32,000 bases of DNA from Gammaproteobacteria bacterium (GTDB lineage: Bacteria > Pseudomonadota > Gammaproteobacteria > JBIOEC01), in the NCBI GenBank assembly GCA_965279305.1, contig OZ257143.1, forward strand, positions 1 to 32,000, read 5' to 3'. This document shows, piece by piece, positions 28,947 to 32,000 of the stretch. Within the stretch, counting starts at the first letter, position 1, and each line of letters starts with the position of its first letter. Both the position numbers and the translations under genes were made by a program. The notes below the pieces were generated by a model, which saw nothing but the letters and a program-made list of their open reading frames with translations, was not told where the DNA came from and ran no database searches.

Positions 28947-30239
28947 TTACCTTGTATGTTCCGTTGTTTTCAACCATTTATTTTCCATTCTAACTCCACG
29001 ATTACACATTAAAAAATCTGCTAGATAGCCATCATGCGGCACTCGAAAATCCATCCATGATGTAGGAATATTGCCTATATAAACATTAGCAATAGAAGCA
29101 TCGGCTAATACCTTATTTATCAGATCTTTCTGACGAGATAACACGGTCACAACCAGTGAATGAGATAATGCTTTATAACATCTTTCTTGTTGATTAAAAG
29201 GCGCAATGGTGACACAAGGGAAAGGAAGTTCACGTTGAACCATAGGATCTGAAACGTTATCCACTAAAGTAATCTCCGCTCTTTGTGAAGAAAGCGCTAT
29301 TTGTTGCTTCAATTTGATAGCAAATGCTTCGTGATTATCCTCAACCAAAATGGCACTCGTTGAAACGCAAGCCGCACCACCCAATGATAAAACAGATTGT
29401 GCGGCAACCATAACAGCCTCTTCATGTGAAATATCTTTTCCAACAACTATTTTCGATCGACCGGGCCCTTGAACAAGCACTTGGGGATCATGGCTATATC
29501 GCGCAGCCACATCTGCGCCACCATACACAATGGCTAGATCACTTTGCGAAATTAATGTTTCTGCACCTTTATGATCGGTTGGGATCAGTGCAATATATTC
29601 TGCTAACCCTGCCAGCTCAAGTGCGTACACAAGACGTTGTGCGGTAAAAGGTTCTCGAGAAGAAGGTTTAACCAGCGTTCGATATCCCATGGCAATGGCT
29701 TGAGGCCAAAGTGCATGAACACCCGGGCCATTACCTGCTGCAATAATAGAAACAACATCACCTCGTCTGGAAAAAAAACTGCAGCCTGCATTTACTGCAG
29801 CGTCGGTATAATCCCATACAGCATTCGTGGGTGTTGCAGCTTGCAAAATATCACTCATATGAAACAGAGCATAAGAAATAGTCGCTATTGATTCTGTTAT
29901 GATCGATTCTTGCAAACCAGTAATGCTAGAAACCAATGCTGCATACTCTTTTGCATTCAAGCCTGCTAGTGTTTCTTCTTGATAAATATGAGCTGCTTTT
30001 TTTAATCTCGCATATCGTTCTGACAAATTGAGTGAGGGTTCCTCTCGCATCTGTGCTATTTTATCCTGAATATAAACGGTGGGCATGATTGAACTTTCGC
30101 AAATACGTTGTCCAGAAACATCAAAAATTTCTTGTCTCTGTCGAGTTCGATGAGATACACCGAGGCAGCGCGCTTCTATTATATTAATAGCAGAGTTCTC
30201 AGCACAAACTGCGTTCTCACTTTTATAAGACGCCTCCAT
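28947..30239 (-). CDS. Aldehyde-dehydrogenase-superfamily reductase (LuxC/acyl-CoA-reductase-like; EhpG-like candidate)
   Basis: The ORF track starts at TTG 30242. The ATG at 30239 overlaps the upstream stop as TGATG. Rossmann-like IIAAGNGPGVHALWPQAIAMGYRTLVKPSSREP. Candidate catalytic Cys in SLGGAACVSTSAILV. The family assignment is by eye only. Confidence 0.65.
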   Translation of the reverse strand: MEASYKSENAVCAENSAINIIEARCLGVSHRTRQRQEIFDVSGQRICESSIMPTVYIQDKIAQMREEPSLNLSERYARLKKAAHIYQEETLAGLNAKEYAALVSSITGLQESIITESIATISYALFHMSDILQAATPTNAVWDYTDAAVNAGCSFFSRRGDVVSIIAAGNGPGVHALWPQAIAMGYRTLVKPSSREPFTAQRLVYALELAGLAEYIALIPTDHKGAETLISQSDLAIVYGGADVAARYSHDPQVLVQGPGRSKIVVGKDISHEEAVMVAAQSVLSLGGAACVSTSAILVEDNHEAFAIKLKQQIALSSQRAEITLVDNVSDPMVQRELPFPCVTIAPFNQQERCYKALSHSLVVTVLSRQKDLINKVLADASIANVYIGNIPTSWMDFRVPHDGYLADFLMCNRGVRMENKWLKTTEHTR

Positions 30240-31297
30240 CAATACACTCCTTCAATCACAACCTGACCTGATATTTCCATAACAGGTCTTACTTCACAAA
30301 CAGCAGCGCCAGGATAATCCCCTAATGGTGGAAGTCGCGTGGCAGTATCACGCTCTAGAATATTGGGAAATAAAGCAAATTTACTTAAGTAGTTCATCAC
30401 TACTTGTCCTCGTTCATGATAGGGAACGGGTGTTTTCGTTTTCGGATCCACCACTTCAAGCAACACATAAGGGGCATAACTATCGAAAATAGGCGAACCG
30501 TTATTATCTTGATCCATTCTTGCTTTAGTATCAGATAAGATCATAGTACTTCCATAACTGGCCGTAATAGCCACATTAGGGAACACAGAAGATTTTAAAT
30601 AATCGAGAGTATCTACGTCCATTTGAGTTCCTCCCCATGTAATCATCTCCAGCGTCTGATTAAGATATTCAGCTAAAGGACGACGACGGGCGATGGCTTC
30701 TAATAAGGGAGGTGTTGCAATAAGATAAGCAAGTGATTGAGTCGCAATAATAGGTTCTGCTTGATCGATCAAATGATCTAAATAAGCTTTGGCACCCTTG
30801 GTATCACCAGCATGAATCAGTTTTTTTACCCAGCGTGGATCCAAATCAACGGTAAAGCATTGTCCTCCACGTGCTTTTGCACGACGAAGATTAATGGCTC
30901 CCACTAAATGCGGTCCTCCTGGAATAATCGCCAAGGTATTTTTTGGATGATTTCCAGTAAATTTATTAATTCCTTCCAAACGCCAATCCACTAATTTCGT
31001 CAGCCACTCTTCATAAACCACTACCCGCTTTGCCTTTCCTGTTGTTCCACCACTTTCAAATATACCTGCTAGATCAGATTTGTTGAGTCCTTTAGGTTGT
31101 AGATCTTCAACTGCAATCTCACGAAGAAGAAGGCTAACATCAGGAAACAAAGAAAGATCAGCAAAAGAACGTATATCTTTAATAGGATCGAAGCTGAGTT
31201 GATTGCGCATTTCTAACCAAAATGGAGAACCTGTCTCTGGCGAAAAATGCCAATTCATAACTTCGTTTAAATGTTGCTGAAAATTAATCGTAGCCAT
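30239..31297 (-). CDS. Truncated ANL-superfamily adenylating enzyme (LuxE/PaaK/F390-synthetase-like; EhpF-like candidate)
   Basis: The ORF track gives 30239..31612, but its first 105 codons overlap phzG in another frame. The ATG at 31297 (MATINFQQHL...) has GAGG 5 nt upstream and lies 28 nt after the phzG stop. P-loop FESGGTTGKAKRV. About 352 aa, so it lacks the usual C-terminal subdomain. Confidence 0.75.
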   Translation of the reverse strand: MATINFQQHLNEVMNWHFSPETGSPFWLEMRNQLSFDPIKDIRSFADLSLFPDVSLLLREIAVEDLQPKGLNKSDLAGIFESGGTTGKAKRVVVYEEWLTKLVDWRLEGINKFTGNHPKNTLAIIPGGPHLVGAINLRRAKARGGQCFTVDLDPRWVKKLIHAGDTKGAKAYLDHLIDQAEPIIATQSLAYLIATPPLLEAIARRRPLAEYLNQTLEMITWGGTQMDVDTLDYLKSSVFPNVAITASYGSTMILSDTKARMDQDNNGSPIFDSYAPYVLLEVVDPKTKTPVPYHERGQVVMNYLSKFALFPNILERDTATRLPPLGDYPGAAVCEVRPVMEISGQVVIEGVY

Positions 31298-31325
31298 GAA
31301 TACCTCGGAGCAAAAAATAAATTGA

Positions 31326-31958
31326 TTAGGGCTGAAGTTTAGTGCTCTTCCATCCTGTTGCTGTATATTCAAAACGCAAACGTTTATGTAAGCGGTTAGA
31401 ACTTGATGACCAAAATTCCATTGCTTGAGGTTCAAGAACATAGATTGCAAATCTGTCTGGACAAGGCAATGCGCCCATAGGTTCAAGCTGTCGTGCATCC
31501 ACAAGAAGTTGTTCGTAAGAGTGTAAAGGTTCACTTTGATGAGAAACGGTAGACATAGAATGTAATGGTATGGGTCGCTTGTTCCATTCATATATAGCGC
31601 GTTCGCGATCAAGTGGCTTTATTTTTCCACTGACTGAAAGTTGACGGCCAAGCTCTTTCCAATAAAAATGTCCGCATGCAAAAGGAACTTCTTCTGCGTC
31701 TTTTATTTTGCGACTACTGGTATGTGTAGCAAAAATAATTCCGCTATTAGCAAATTCTAAAATAGCCATAACACGAGATGACATTACTCTAGAAATATTG
31801 GTGGTCATCAGCACCATTGCTTTAGGTTCACGGACTTTCTCATCAATGGCTTCTTGAAGCCATTTTTGTCCTAATTCAATGGGATTATTGAAAGAAGTAT
31901 CATACTCAGGAAAATTAAGATCCACTTTACCGGTGGTACTTTCAAAAACACTACTCAT
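31326..31958 (-). CDS. phzG: FMN-dependent oxidase PhzG (pyridoxamine-5'-phosphate-oxidase family)
   Basis: 210 aa. FPEYDT..., REPKAMVLMT, GHFYWKELGRQLSVSGK, C-terminal FWSSSSNRLHKRLRFEY..TGWKSTKLQP, as in Pseudomonas PhzG (...RLHERLRY...GW..RRLQP). Only 42 nt of upstream sequence lie inside the window. Confidence 0.9.
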   Translation of the reverse strand: MSSVFESTTGKVDLNFPEYDTSFNNPIELGQKWLQEAIDEKVREPKAMVLMTTNISRVMSSRVMAILEFANSGIIFATHTSSRKIKDAEEVPFACGHFYWKELGRQLSVSGKIKPLDRERAIYEWNKRPIPLHSMSTVSHQSEPLHSYEQLLVDARQLEPMGALPCPDRFAIYVLEPQAMEFWSSSSNRLHKRLRFEYTATGWKSTKLQP

Positions 31959-32000
31959 AATCCTGCCCTACTTTTGCGTGATTATTATTAGAACATTCTG

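Noticed and set aside
29426-29891. Short ORFs on both strands inside the ALDH-like gene (29426..29647 +, 29603..29791 -, 29637..29891 +)
   Set aside because: They are nested within a longer ORF that has a coherent domain signature and translational coupling to its neighbour, so they are shadow ORFs.
31298-31612. N-terminal 105-codon extension of the ANL-enzyme ORF (track 30239..31612)
   Set aside because: It overlaps the 3' third of phzG in another frame, and its translation (MIANALYMNGTSDPYHYILCLPF...) has no homology signal. An internal ATG at 31297 with GAGG 5 nt upstream starts 28 nt after the phzG stop.

Overview
32-kb window from an AT-rich gammaproteobacterium. By eye, EF-G and EF-Tu resemble the Coxiella/Legionella-type sequences I remember. 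Together with the F-box and ankyrin genes, this suggests a Legionellales/Coxiellaceae-like intracellular organism (inference; needs BLAST). There are three blocks. (1) 1-15117 is the conserved translation/transcription supercluster, entirely on the minus strand: tuf, tRNA-Trp, secE, nusG, rplK, rplA, rplJ, rplL, rpoB, rpoC, rpsL, rpsG and the 5' part of fusA. It has recognisable terminators/attenuators and two unusual GC-rich palindromic inserts in intergenic spacers. (2) 15231-20752 is a visibly more AT-rich accessory island of four co-directional genes: an F-box protein, a divergent orphan Dam-like (D12-class, NPPY) methyltransferase, a 636-aa ATP-grasp enzyme with an uncharacterised C-terminal domain, and an F-box + ankyrin-repeat protein. 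This is a candidate eukaryote-targeting effector island and/or an undescribed two-enzyme modification system. (3) 20896-31958, probably continuing past the right edge, holds an ABC exporter convergent on an 11-ORF minus-strand operon. The operon encodes a complete phenazine core pathway (PhzG, PhzA/B, PhzF, DAHP synthase, PhzD, PhzE), a LuxE/LuxC-like (EhpF/EhpG-like) carboxylate-reducing pair and two small unknown proteins. PhzE is split by a 1-nt frame change inside an A5 homopolymer. I saw no transposase, integrase, CRISPR array or rRNA. Non-ORF coordinates were read by eye and may be off by a base or two.
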